A DNA stretch of 64,000 nucleotides from an uncultured Candidatus Melainabacteria bacterium (GCA_934757155.1 CAKVLI010000005.1:22366-86365); one strand, 5' to 3'. Shown: positions 52,521-62,197, counted from the stretch's first letter. Notes: generated by a model from the letters alone, not told the origin. Translations and numbers: made by a program.

Positions 52521-52673
52521 ATGAATATTGCAATGAGAAAATTGGCTATGTTGGAAAAAGAATTCGCAGCAAGAGAAGAAGAAGCAAGATTGTCAGGTTT
52601 TGATACTTGTCCTATTGATAAAGGTTTGCAAAGAAGAATTACTGAACTAATGGATAGAGTTCGAGTTATTTAG
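52521..52673 (+). CDS. Possible 50-aa protein (below the ORF-track cut-off)
   Basis: My translation is MNIAMRKLAMLEKEFAAREEEARLSGFDTCPIDKGLQRRITELMDRVRVI. AGGGGGA SD 7 nt upstream. The 3' end overlaps the convergent ABC gene by 27 nt. Confidence 0.35.
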   Translation: MNIAMRKLAMLEKEFAAREEEARLSGFDTCPIDKGLQRRITELMDRVRVI

Positions 52674-54392
52674 TTCAACAAGTTTTTTGAACTCCGGATT
52701 GTTGAGGTACAAATCTTCAAACGAGCCGGATGCGACGATTGTTTTTTGACAAAGACATATTATTAAACTAGCTTTTTTTATGGTGGAAAGTCTGTGAGCG
52801 ATTACGATTACAGTTTTTTCACCTTTTATTTTTTCAAGGACTGAGCATATTTCGTTTTCTGTATTTAAATCCAGCGCAGAAGTTCCTTCGTCCATGATTA
52901 TTATGTCAGGGTTTGAGTACAAAGCCCGAGCGATAGCCAGACGTTGCTTCTGACCTTGAGATAGACCTGTTGAATCAACGAATGGTGAAGCGTAGATTCC
53001 TTCAGGGTAATTTTCAACAATAAAATCATAGAGGCTGGCTTTTTTCAGAGCCTCAATCACTTTTTCGTCATCAATATCATCTTTTGCAAATGCAACATTT
53101 TCTCTGATTGTTCCTGATATAACACAGATTTCTTGTGGAATATAGCCGATATTCAAGTGGGGCATTTTGTTTGAAGAGATTAGTTTTTCGTCTAAGAAAA
53201 GTTCGCCACTCTTGATTTCAAGTAGTCCTGAAATGATGTCTACAAGAGTTGTTTTGCCTGCGCCTGATTTGCCAACAATTCCTATAAAATCACCTTTGTT
53301 GATTTTTAGATTAATGTTTTCAAGAGTGTTTCTTTCAAAATCATAGGAGAAACAAACTTCTTTTAGTTCTATAGAATTTTTAAATTCAGCTGTGGGTTCG
53401 TTAAAGTTTGTATTCGGCAGCATATTTAATCGATAAGTATCGTAATATTTTACTAATTCTTCAACTGTCGGAAGAGCTGCATTTAAGCCTGTTATATTTA
53501 CCTGAATTCTGCTTATAATCGGTGCAAGACGGAAAATTGCAGCAGCAATTACTGCGTATGATGCAATAAGATTTCCTGTGTTTTGAGAGTTTTCAAAAGA
53601 TATAATCAAAACTAAAATAAGTAGTAGAACAATTACAAATGGTTCTGTAACATAGGGTGGAATCATTCCGTAAAAAAGCAAATCTCTTGAGATTTTTCTT
53701 AGGTTTTCAAGCTTATTGCAGTATCTTTTTAAGAAAAAATCTTCGCTCTGTTGAATTTTTATACTTTTGAGATTCAAAAGAGGTTCGTTGCATGCAAGGT
53801 TCAATTCTTCATTGGCTTTTAGAATTTTTTTAGAAATATCAGCGGTTTTCTTCTTGAAAAATATTGCTTGAACACAGAGAAATATGATTGAGCAAACCAC
53901 TGTTATGAGTGTTGCGTAGAAAAATTTGTAGAACAAAAATCCGGTAATTAGGAAGAATACAAAGAAATTTACAACAAGATTCAATATTCTTACCAAATAA
54001 TTATTGATTGCGTTAACCGGTAAAAATCCGAGCATGTTTAATTTTTGAGCCAGAGGAATTTTGGAAATTGAGCTGTAGCTTCCCGTCAGAAAGTATTTCA
54101 TGAATATTTCATCAATTTTTACTTCGCATTTTTTTACGAAATCTGCCTGTAAGAAGTTATAGAACACCATGAAAACATTCTTTATAATAAACGCAAGTAT
54201 GATTCCGCAGCCGAGAATCACGGTTGAGGTTTTGTAACCTTCTGATATTAATTTGTTTATAAAGGGGTAAATCAGTGCAATCCCGAAAAGTTCTAAAACT
54301 CCCACTACAAGAGATAAGACGACATATTTGACAAGCCCTCTTTTATCAGGAACAAAGTATTTGAAAAATTTTCTTTGAACATCCCAATTCAT
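52647..54392 (-). CDS. ABC exporter, fused permease/ATPase (MsbA-like type I)
   Basis: GKSGAGKTT Walker A, LSQGQKQRLAIARAL signature, IIIMDEGTSALD Walker B. N-terminal 6-TM domain. Confidence 0.9.
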   Translation of the reverse strand: MNWDVQRKFFKYFVPDKRGLVKYVVLSLVVGVLELFGIALIYPFINKLISEGYKTSTVILGCGIILAFIIKNVFMVFYNFLQADFVKKCEVKIDEIFMKYFLTGSYSSISKIPLAQKLNMLGFLPVNAINNYLVRILNLVVNFFVFFLITGFLFYKFFYATLITVVCSIIFLCVQAIFFKKKTADISKKILKANEELNLACNEPLLNLKSIKIQQSEDFFLKRYCNKLENLRKISRDLLFYGMIPPYVTEPFVIVLLLILVLIISFENSQNTGNLIASYAVIAAAIFRLAPIISRIQVNITGLNAALPTVEELVKYYDTYRLNMLPNTNFNEPTAEFKNSIELKEVCFSYDFERNTLENINLKINKGDFIGIVGKSGAGKTTLVDIISGLLEIKSGELFLDEKLISSNKMPHLNIGYIPQEICVISGTIRENVAFAKDDIDDEKVIEALKKASLYDFIVENYPEGIYASPFVDSTGLSQGQKQRLAIARALYSNPDIIIMDEGTSALDLNTENEICSVLEKIKGEKTVIVIAHRLSTIKKASLIICLCQKTIVASGSFEDLYLNNPEFKKLVELNNSNSIH

Positions 54393-54478
54393 AAGAATAT
54401 ACTACATTAAAAAAAGATTAATTTCACAAATCGTTAGAGCAAGTATGATATAATATTGAAATAAGAGGAGGAAAAGGT

Positions 54479-55204
54479 ATGTCAAACCCTATATTAAATG
54501 AAAAATTTACTCAACAAGAAAGAGTTTTGACGGGTGAACCGATGACGGTTAATGGAGCTATACAAGTAACTGCAATGATGGGATTGTTATTGGTTGCATC
54601 AGCTTATTTTGTATGGTCTAAATTCGTTACTGGCTACACAGATATGGCTTATATGCTTACAAGCGTTGGGCTTATAGGAGGGTTCGTTGTTGCAATGATA
54701 ATTGCATTTACAAGAAAAAAAACATTAGTTCCTGTATATGCGCTACTGGAAGGCTTATTCGTTGGTGGTGTTTCTGCTGTATTCGAAGCTTCTTACCCGG
54801 GCATTGTATCAATGGCTGTAATGGGAACTTTTGCCGCATTATTTTCAATGCTTGCATTATACAAAATTGGTGCGATAAAATGTACAGAAAGGTTTAGAAG
54901 CGTAATATTTATATCAACCTGTTCAATAGCTGTAATTTACTTAGTTGATTTTATAGGACATTTTTTCCACTATGCAGTGCCTGTGATAAACACATCATCA
55001 AACTTCGGTATTTTATTTAGTTTGGTAGTTGTTGTAATCGCTGCTCTTAATTTAATCATTGATTTTGATTTTATAGAACAAGGCGCAAGAAACATGCTTC
55101 CGAAGGATTACGAATGGTACGGAGCTTTCGGGTTGATGGTTACAATTGTTTGGTTGTATATAGAAATACTTAAACTTGCTTCAAAATTTATGGATAGAAG
55201 ATAG
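54479..55204 (+). CDS. Bax inhibitor-1/YccA-like membrane protein
   Basis: 241 aa with about 7 TM. N-terminal MSNPILN...LTGEPMTVNG is typical of the Bax1-I-like family. Confidence 0.7.
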   Translation: MSNPILNEKFTQQERVLTGEPMTVNGAIQVTAMMGLLLVASAYFVWSKFVTGYTDMAYMLTSVGLIGGFVVAMIIAFTRKKTLVPVYALLEGLFVGGVSAVFEASYPGIVSMAVMGTFAALFSMLALYKIGAIKCTERFRSVIFISTCSIAVIYLVDFIGHFFHYAVPVINTSSNFGILFSLVVVVIAALNLIIDFDFIEQGARNMLPKDYEWYGAFGLMVTIVWLYIEILKLASKFMDRR

Positions 55205-55211
55205 ATTTTTA

Positions 55212-55250
55212 AATAGGCTTCTTTTATAATTAAGGAAGCCTATTTTATTT
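55212..55250 (+). terminator. Probable terminator
   Basis: 10-bp stem AATAGGCTTC / GAAGCCTATT with a 13-nt loop, then a T-rich tail. Confidence 0.5.
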
Positions 55251-55262
55251 CTGGAGGGAAAG

Positions 55263-56480
55263 ATGTTGTTATCTATAGTTTCGTTTTTAGTCGGTGCATT
55301 AGTAGCAGGAGCTGTTTCTTATGCAATATTTATAGGACGTGAAGCCAAAGCAAAAGAAGAGTTGGTCAAATTACGTACAGTGATTGACTCAACTGCGTCT
55401 ATGCAGGAGATGATTAAACGTGATTTTGTACAACTTGCAAATGAAACGATTAAAAAAGAACAGGAAGATTTGAGAAAACAAAACCGTGAAACTCTGGAAG
55501 AAAAAATCTTGCCTTTAACAAAAGAGTTGGGTGAATTTAAGGACAAAGTAGAAAAATTCAACCTTTCAGGAGTAGAGAATACAACGAAAATTGTTGAGCA
55601 AATCGGCAATTTAGAGAAAAATAACAAAGTTATTGAGCAAGAGGCAAAAAATCTTGTCGAAGCTTTGACAAAGAACCAAAATACAAAAGGTTCTTACGGC
55701 GAAAATCTTCTTGATACGATTTTGCAATCTTGCGGGATGCAAGAAGGGGTGCATTATACAAAACAATTCGTAACAAAATCTGCTAACCTTAAAGATGATG
55801 AAATGCATACAATTCGTCCGGATGTTGTTATTAATCTACCGAATGACAGACATTTGATTATTGATTCAAAAGTTACTTTAACGAGTTATTTAGATTATAT
55901 CGAAGACAATTCAAAATTGAGTGAGTTCAAATCAGAAGTTAAGAAAAGAATTACGGATTTGGCAAATAAAAATTATCAAAACGCAGGGGATTTATCTCAG
56001 CCGGATTTTGTTCTGATGTACATGCCAATTGAATCTTCCGTAAATCTTTTGTATGAAGATGCGGATTTGATTAAGCAAGCTTATAAAGCAAACATAATTA
56101 TTGTCGGAACTTCTTCTTTGCTCACAACAGTAAGGCTTGTAAATCAATTGCTTGCACAGCAGAAGCAATCAGAAAGCATTAATCAAATAGTTAGTGCAGG
56201 TACAAATCTTTATGAAACATTTGTACAGTTCTGCGAAGACTTGATTGACGTTCAGAAAAGATTTGATGATGTTTCTTCAAAACTTACCACTACAATTAAC
56301 AGATTTAAGCGCGGAAACAGAAATAAACCGAGCTTGTTCTCTCAAGTGCAGTCACTTAAAGATTTTGGGATAAATTCGACAAAAGAAATCCCGCAAAAAC
56401 TTTTGGAAGATGTTGAAGACGAAATTCCTATGATAGAAAATAAAGAAGAAGATTTAAACGGAGTGTTTACGAATGGCTAA
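55263..56480 (+). CDS. rmuC: DNA recombination protein RmuC
   Basis: N-terminal TM, long coiled coil, C-terminal RmuC nuclease-like domain (RPDVVINLPNDRHLIIDSK). Confidence 0.8.
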   Translation: MLLSIVSFLVGALVAGAVSYAIFIGREAKAKEELVKLRTVIDSTASMQEMIKRDFVQLANETIKKEQEDLRKQNRETLEEKILPLTKELGEFKDKVEKFNLSGVENTTKIVEQIGNLEKNNKVIEQEAKNLVEALTKNQNTKGSYGENLLDTILQSCGMQEGVHYTKQFVTKSANLKDDEMHTIRPDVVINLPNDRHLIIDSKVTLTSYLDYIEDNSKLSEFKSEVKKRITDLANKNYQNAGDLSQPDFVLMYMPIESSVNLLYEDADLIKQAYKANIIIVGTSSLLTTVRLVNQLLAQQKQSESINQIVSAGTNLYETFVQFCEDLIDVQKRFDDVSSKLTTTINRFKRGNRNKPSLFSQVQSLKDFGINSTKEIPQKLLEDVEDEIPMIENKEEDLNGVFTNG

Positions 56481-57168
56481 AATACTGGTTGTTGATGATG
56501 ATAAGGCGATAAATGAATTGATAAAAGTGAACCTTGAATTGCAGGGTTACGAAGTTATACAGGCATATGACGGAACGGAAGGGTTTGCGCTTGCAAAACA
56601 AGAAGAACCGTCTTTAATAGTTTTGGATGTTATGATGCCTGAGGTGGACGGATTTACGGTTGCTCAAAGAATTCGTCAGTGTCCGAAAATCGCTGACACT
56701 CCGATAATTATGCTCACTGCATTATCTGAACTAAACGACAAGGTGAACGGTTTCAATCTCGGGGTGGACGATTATTTGACCAAGCCATTTGAGCCGGATG
56801 AGCTTGTTGTAAGGGTTAGAGCTTTGTTGAAGAGAACTAATCAAATTCCGAAAACCTCTGCAGTAAGGGATTTGTTAACATATAAGGAAATTACACTTAT
56901 TCCGGAATCTTATAGTGTTCAGATTAATGAAAAAGTACAGAAACTTACTCCGATTGAGTATGATATATTCAATCTGTTGTTCCAAAATCATGGGAATATG
57001 GTTTCCGCAAAACGTCTTCTTAAAGAGATTTGGGGCTACGAGCCTGATGACAGCGTAGAAACAATCAGGGTTCATATACGTCACCTAAGAAGCAAGATTG
57101 ATAAGATTTCCGGTGACAAAAAGTATATTGAAACGATTTATGGTGGCGGATACAAATTGAATATATAG
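56473..57168 (+). CDS. OmpR/PhoB-family response regulator (no adjacent histidine kinase)
   Basis: REC domain (VVDDD...LDVMMPEVDG). Winged-helix output (LTPIEYDIF...VETIRVHIRHLRSKI). 8-nt overlap with rmuC. Confidence 0.9.
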   Translation: MAKILVVDDDKAINELIKVNLELQGYEVIQAYDGTEGFALAKQEEPSLIVLDVMMPEVDGFTVAQRIRQCPKIADTPIIMLTALSELNDKVNGFNLGVDDYLTKPFEPDELVVRVRALLKRTNQIPKTSAVRDLLTYKEITLIPESYSVQINEKVQKLTPIEYDIFNLLFQNHGNMVSAKRLLKEIWGYEPDDSVETIRVHIRHLRSKIDKISGDKKYIETIYGGGYKLNI

Positions 57169-57217
57169 TTGTGTTTGTTCCTGGATGGTCTTATAATATA
57201 AGTATTGGGACAGAGGA

Positions 57218-59056
57218 ATGAAGAGAAGTTTATTATTTTTATTTTGTATTTTGACTTTTCTGAGCGAATGTGTATTCGCTCAAGATGTCTATGCGCCTTA
57301 TCTTCCTGCTCAAAACGAAGTAATATTCAATCAATCAATGTTTAGAGTTGATGTGATTGACCCTGTCGCGTCAACAAACTGGAAAGGTATTAATTATCCG
57401 GGGCTTCGTGGCTCAAACCAATTAGTGATTTACACTCCTGCATTCGGTTATCGCACAAATACGAACGAATTTGGAACAGAAGCTATTGTTGTGGGTGACA
57501 CGGTTACTTCTCTAAGCGGTGCAGACTCTTTAATCCCTGCGAACGGTTTTGTAATAAGCGGGCATGGTGCCGCAAAAAAATGGATTAACGAAAATATTAT
57601 GGTTGGTGCAAAAATTTCTATTGATGTAGAAAAAAAGACCATAACTGCTTATATAACGTCAGAAACTTTTCTATACAGTGCAAAAGAAAAAGTCCGTGAA
57701 GTTCAGACTATGATGGCATATTATGTGCAAAATTCAAATTGTTATAATCAAAGAAAAACAGAACAAAACTTGAACAAAGCAAAAGATATGATAAATAAGG
57801 CTCAAAGAAATGGAGAGGATTCTCAAAAGTATTCTTCTCGTGCAATTGAGTACGCAAACTCTGCTATGTCAACGGTTATACCTTATGATTCATCTGAATT
57901 GAAAGGGGTTTGGATTCGTCCGACTTATTATGACAGAAAAAGTATTGAACAAGTATTAGATAATCTTTGTGATGCCGGAATTAACAATATATTCATAGAA
58001 ACTTATTATCACGGCAAGACTATTTTTCCGTCTCAGACGATGGAAAAATACGGGTTTATCAAGCAATACGAAGATTATGTCGGCTTTGATCCGCTAAGAA
58101 TTTGGATAATGGAAGCTCACAGACGCGGAATAAAAGTTCATATCTGGTTTCAAACGTATTATGTCGGTAACAAACCGCCTGAAACAAATCCGCAATACAT
58201 TCTGGCGGTTCATCCTGAGTGGGCAAATTACCAAAAGAAAAATGCAGACTCTGAAACAATTGCATACTCTGTATCTGAACACAACGGATATTTTATCGAT
58301 CCTGCCAATCCTCAGGTTCAAAATTTCTTATACGAATTGTTATGTGAAATCGTGGAACGCTACAAACCTGACGGTATAAACCTCGACTACATCAGATACC
58401 CGCAATCACTTTCTCCGATATACCCGAATTACGATATGTCTAACTGGGGCTATACTCAGTTTGCGAGAAGTGAATTTAAAGACATGTATGGAGTCGATCC
58501 GATAGAACTAAAACCGAATGACGCGCTTTGGCCGTACTGGAGAGTTTATCGTTGTACAAAAGTTTCAAACTTCGTACGTAAAGCAAGTTCACTCTGTCGT
58601 TCGAATGACATACTGTTGACTGCGGTTATTTTCCCGAACAGAACAAGTGCAATGGATACAAAGCTTCAAGACTGGAAAAATTGGTCAATGAATGATTTCA
58701 TAGATGGCTTCACACCTCTATTTTTGACCTGTGATGATAAAACGGCAATGAGTCTTATGGAAGAGGTTTTGCGTAATAAATCTGCTAGTACAAAACTTTA
58801 TGCAGGGCTTTTTGTTACCTTTATGAACGGTTCAGATACAGATTTGATTAAACAAATTCACGCAGCAAGACGTTATTCCCTGAACGGATTGATATTATTT
58901 GACTATGCTCACCTAAAAGAGAACTATGTCAGTACTCTGACAGAAAGTGTTTTCCGTCCGCTCAAAAAAGAAATTGTTATACAAGAAGATGATGTTCAAA
59001 AACCTGATGGTACAGTCCAATTTATGACAAAGGAAAAGAGACGTGGCAGAAGATAG
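57218..59056 (+). CDS. Glycoside hydrolase-like family 10 (GHL10/YngK-like) secreted protein
   Basis: Signal peptide. TIM-barrel-like GVWIRP...INNIFIETYYHG...GINLDYIRYP pattern. Confidence 0.7.
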   Translation: MKRSLLFLFCILTFLSECVFAQDVYAPYLPAQNEVIFNQSMFRVDVIDPVASTNWKGINYPGLRGSNQLVIYTPAFGYRTNTNEFGTEAIVVGDTVTSLSGADSLIPANGFVISGHGAAKKWINENIMVGAKISIDVEKKTITAYITSETFLYSAKEKVREVQTMMAYYVQNSNCYNQRKTEQNLNKAKDMINKAQRNGEDSQKYSSRAIEYANSAMSTVIPYDSSELKGVWIRPTYYDRKSIEQVLDNLCDAGINNIFIETYYHGKTIFPSQTMEKYGFIKQYEDYVGFDPLRIWIMEAHRRGIKVHIWFQTYYVGNKPPETNPQYILAVHPEWANYQKKNADSETIAYSVSEHNGYFIDPANPQVQNFLYELLCEIVERYKPDGINLDYIRYPQSLSPIYPNYDMSNWGYTQFARSEFKDMYGVDPIELKPNDALWPYWRVYRCTKVSNFVRKASSLCRSNDILLTAVIFPNRTSAMDTKLQDWKNWSMNDFIDGFTPLFLTCDDKTAMSLMEEVLRNKSASTKLYAGLFVTFMNGSDTDLIKQIHAARRYSLNGLILFDYAHLKENYVSTLTESVFRPLKKEIVIQEDDVQKPDGTVQFMTKEKRRGRR

Positions 59057-59228
59057 TCCGAAACGACAGTTTTTAGGAATATGGTTTGATTGCTGTCACG
59101 TGTATGGCAGAATCTACAAAACCAAAGACGGCACTGCCTATACAGGCAGATGCCCGAAATGCTTGCGCTCTGTTCGTGTTCGTGTAGGCGAAGGCGGTAC
59201 GAACCAACGCTTCTTCCGCGGGGGGTAG
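59043..59228 (+). CDS. Small Cys-rich zinc-ribbon-like protein (61 aa)
   Basis: WFDCCHVYGRIYK...YTGRCPKCLRSVRVRVGEGGTNQRFF. AAGGA SD 9 nt upstream of the GTG. 14-nt overlap with the upstream gene. Confidence 0.5.
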   Translation: MAEDSPKRQFLGIWFDCCHVYGRIYKTKDGTAYTGRCPKCLRSVRVRVGEGGTNQRFFRGG

Positions 59229-59254
59229 GGGTAAAGGGGTAAATGTATCTGGTA
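59221..59254 (+). repeat. GGGGTAAATRTAT-family repeat overlapping the stop of the zinc-ribbon ORF
   Basis: GGGGGTAGGGGTAAAGGGGTAAATGTATCTGGTA. A related reverse-oriented copy lies at 59349-59373. Confidence 0.75.
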
Positions 59255-59321
59255 AAAAGTGGAACTACTAAACTGAAGGCTAGTAGGTTACAGAGGGAAC
59301 GTATTGGTTGATTGGAATAAT

Positions 59322-59406
59322 TGTCGTGCTGAACTTGTTTCAGCACCTTACCAGCTGGTAATTTTACGCCTAACCGGTCAGGTCCTGAACTAAATTCAGG
59401 ACGACA
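59322..59406. repeat. 85-bp MITE-like unit: two GNNCTGAA-N5-TTCAGNNC hairpins with ~13-bp terminal inverted repeats
   Basis: GTGCTGAA CTTGT TTCAGCAC (59326-59346) and GTCCTGAA CTAAA TTCAGGAC (59382-59402). TGTCGTGCTGAA pairs with TTCAGGACGACA. Confidence 0.6.
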
Positions 59407-59565
59407 TTATACTATAATAAGCTGAGTTTCATCATCCTTTACACTTCACTTCCAAACTTAAAATGGTATTACATCTCCCGAGGTGTGAAGTAATAATTCA
59501 AACTTAAATATGTTGCTCGAAACCTAATTTTGATGTAATAATAGATTATTACATAGGAGATTATT

Positions 59566-60804
59566 ATGAGTTTAGATGATTTGAGAAAAGATAACGAAGT
59601 TTTAGACATTTTTTGTAATCTTGTTTCAATACCTTCTCCTTCCCTGAAAGAGGAAAAAGTTATTGATTGGATTCTTGATTTTTGTGCAAAAAATGGTATA
59701 AATGGTAAGAAAGATAATTATGGAAATATTTATATAAATATCCCGGCGACTGATTCAAGCAAAGAGCCGATAATGTTATCATCCCATATGGATGTTGTCG
59801 GTGATGATAGTCCTGTAAATATTTATTTAGACGGAGAATTTATTAAGGCTGAGGGCAGAACTCTCGGAGCTGATGATAAAGTCGGTGTTGCTTGCGCTTT
59901 AATGCTGGCAAAAGAACTGACGAACTCTAAAGAAATCTCCCACGGAGGTTTGGAAATTACGTTTACACGTGATGAAGAAACCGGCATGAGCGGTATAGAA
60001 CACGTTGAATTTGATAAAATTCTCTCAAAATATGTTCTTGTGTGTGACGCGGATAAATTAGGTCAATTACAGATTTCCGGCGCAAGCTATACGAACGCAA
60101 AAATTACTGTGGAAGGCTTGAAAGGCGGTCATTCAGGAATTGATATTGGGGATAAAACAAGGTTGAATGCAGCGAAACTTATTGCTGAATTGTTGGCAAA
60201 ATTCCCACAAGGTGCATACTACTCAGATGAAACCGGTGTAATTACTTCTTGTAATCTTGGCGCAATCGTTGCGGGTGGAGTTCAAAACTCTGTTGCATCA
60301 ATTGTTGAAAAGGGAATTAAAACAAATGATTATATAACAGAGATAATGAAAAAGACTGCCACCAATATTATCAACACTTTGGGTATGGCATCTTATTCAA
60401 TAAGAAGTGCCAGTTTAGCTAAAGAAGCAGAACTCAAAAACTTGATGTCATCAATTGTAGATGAGTTCAACAAAGAACACGAAGGCTTGGCTAAAGCTAC
60501 TATTGAGTTTGAAGTACATCTTCCACCTTTTGAAAAAGCAGAAGACGAAAGAATTGAAGAAGTGCATACAGAAGCTTGCGAACGTGCAGGTATCCAAAAT
60601 GATATCTCTTCATTCCACGCAGGTGCAGAAACTCACATTTATTGCCAGCATAAAAACTCCAAAGGAGAAACTTTTATGCCATTTTTGCTTGGTTTGGCGG
60701 ATGTTTATAATATGCACTCTGCCGCTGAGAAGGTTGATTATAGGACTCTTCTTAAGGGATATGAAGTTATCAGAAATACGTTTATAATTTTTAATAAGGC
60801 CTAA
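59566..60804 (+). CDS. M20-family metallopeptidase (peptidase T-like)
   Basis: SSHMDVV, LGADDKVGVA and TRDEETGMSG metal-binding/catalytic motifs. Confidence 0.8.
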   Translation: MSLDDLRKDNEVLDIFCNLVSIPSPSLKEEKVIDWILDFCAKNGINGKKDNYGNIYINIPATDSSKEPIMLSSHMDVVGDDSPVNIYLDGEFIKAEGRTLGADDKVGVACALMLAKELTNSKEISHGGLEITFTRDEETGMSGIEHVEFDKILSKYVLVCDADKLGQLQISGASYTNAKITVEGLKGGHSGIDIGDKTRLNAAKLIAELLAKFPQGAYYSDETGVITSCNLGAIVAGGVQNSVASIVEKGIKTNDYITEIMKKTATNIINTLGMASYSIRSASLAKEAELKNLMSSIVDEFNKEHEGLAKATIEFEVHLPPFEKAEDERIEEVHTEACERAGIQNDISSFHAGAETHIYCQHKNSKGETFMPFLLGLADVYNMHSAAEKVDYRTLLKGYEVIRNTFIIFNKA

Positions 60805-60819
60805 AGAAAGGGCGTGTGT

Positions 60820-61140
60820 ATGAAAGTTGCAAATATTACAGAAGGACCGTACGGATTCCATTATATGAAGACTCCGGATTCACAAGTTTTTCGACCGACT
60901 GAACTTGGAGAAGGGATTTATAACAAACTGGCACCTCATATGGATGTTTTGGAAAAGGCTTCAAAATTGGCTAAGCGTCCTATTCAGTTTTATCCGAAAA
61001 GTGAAAATATAACCCTAATGAATTTTGGGGCATATACTACGGTTTTGAAAAATGATGAACCTGTTGTAGGCAAACTTTATCAACATTTTGATAAGGTTTT
61101 TAAAGATTTACCAAAAAGGATAGCGAAAAAATTAAGATAA
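60820..61140 (+). CDS. Hypothetical protein (106 aa)
   Basis: AAGGG SD 8 nt upstream of the ATG at 60820. Its own terminator follows. No recognised domain. Confidence 0.5.
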   Translation: MKVANITEGPYGFHYMKTPDSQVFRPTELGEGIYNKLAPHMDVLEKASKLAKRPIQFYPKSENITLMNFGAYTTVLKNDEPVVGKLYQHFDKVFKDLPKRIAKKLR

Positions 61141-61141
61141 T

Positions 61142-61175
61142 AAAAAAGCTCTAAGTTTAACTTAGAGCTTTTTTT
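61142..61175. terminator. Bidirectional rho-independent terminator
   Basis: A6, AGCTCTAAG, TTTAA, CTTAGAGCT, T6. Confidence 0.8.
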
Positions 61176-61195
61176 ATTGGACTTTTTATAGTCAA

Positions 61196-62197
61196 CTATG
61201 CCATAGCTTTTTCAACAGCAACGGCAACAGCAACTGTAGCACCAACCATAGGGTTGTTACCCATACCGATAACGCCCATCATTTCTACGTGAGCAGGAAC
61301 TGATGAAGAACCTGCAAATTGAGCATCACCGTGCATTCTACCCATAGTATCTGTCATACCGTAAGAAGCAGGACCTGCTGCAACGTTGTCAGGGTGAAGT
61401 GTACGACCTGTACCACCACCTGAAGCAACTGAGAAGTATTTTCTGCCATTTTCCCAGCACCATTTTTTGTAAGTACCTGCAACAGGGTGTTGGAATCTTG
61501 TAGGGTTAGTTGAGTTACCTGTGATAGAAACATCAACGCCTTCTTTAATCATGATAGCAACGCCTTCGTTAACGTCATCAGCACCGTAGCATCTAACTTT
61601 AGCTCTTTCGCCGTCAGAGAACGGAGTTTCTTTAACGATTTTTAATTCGCCTGTTTTGTAATCGTAATCTGTTTCAACAGCTGTGAAACCGTTGATTCTT
61701 GCGATAACGTAAGCTGCGTCTTTACCAAGACCGTTCAAGATAACTCTCAAAGGAGTTTTTCTAACTTTGTTAGCATTTCTTGCGATACCGATAGCACCTT
61801 CAGCAGCTGCGAAAGATTCGTGACCTGCCAAGAAGCAGAAACAGTTAGTTTCTTCTCTCAACAACATAGCTGCCAAGTTACCGTGACCGATACCAACTTG
61901 TCTTCTGTCACCAACAGAACCGGGAACTGCGAAAGCTTGCAAGCCTAAGCCGATAGCTTCAGCAGCATCTGCAGCGTTCTTGATACCTTTTTTGATTGCG
62001 ATAGCGCAACCGAGAGTATAAGCCCAAGATGCGTTGTCGAATGCGATAGGCTGAATGCCTTTAACGATAGCATCTACGTCGATGCCTTTTGATAAGCATA
62101 AATCGCGAGCTTCTTCCAAAGATTTGAAACCGTATTCCGGTAAAACTTTTTTAAGAGTAGCTTCACGTCTATCTTGTCCTTCAAATTTTACTGTCAT
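61196..62197 (-). CDS. GGGtGRT-family protein (function unknown)
   Basis: Contains the family-defining SGGGTGRTLHPD motif. 333 aa. Confidence 0.85.
   Translation of the reverse strand: MTVKFEGQDRREATLKKVLPEYGFKSLEEARDLCLSKGIDVDAIVKGIQPIAFDNASWAYTLGCAIAIKKGIKNAADAAEAIGLGLQAFAVPGSVGDRRQVGIGHGNLAAMLLREETNCFCFLAGHESFAAAEGAIGIARNANKVRKTPLRVILNGLGKDAAYVIARINGFTAVETDYDYKTGELKIVKETPFSDGERAKVRCYGADDVNEGVAIMIKEGVDVSITGNSTNPTRFQHPVAGTYKKWCWENGRKYFSVASGGGTGRTLHPDNVAAGPASYGMTDTMGRMHGDAQFAGSSSVPAHVEMMGVIGMGNNPMVGATVAVAVAVEKAMA

Noticed and set aside
59377-59402. SRP (4.5S) RNA, because of GGTCAGGTCC.
   Set aside because: The match ends there. The conserved GGAAGGAAGCAGCC continuation and the GNRA tetraloop are absent. 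The segment is one of two CTGAA/TTCAG repeat hairpins.
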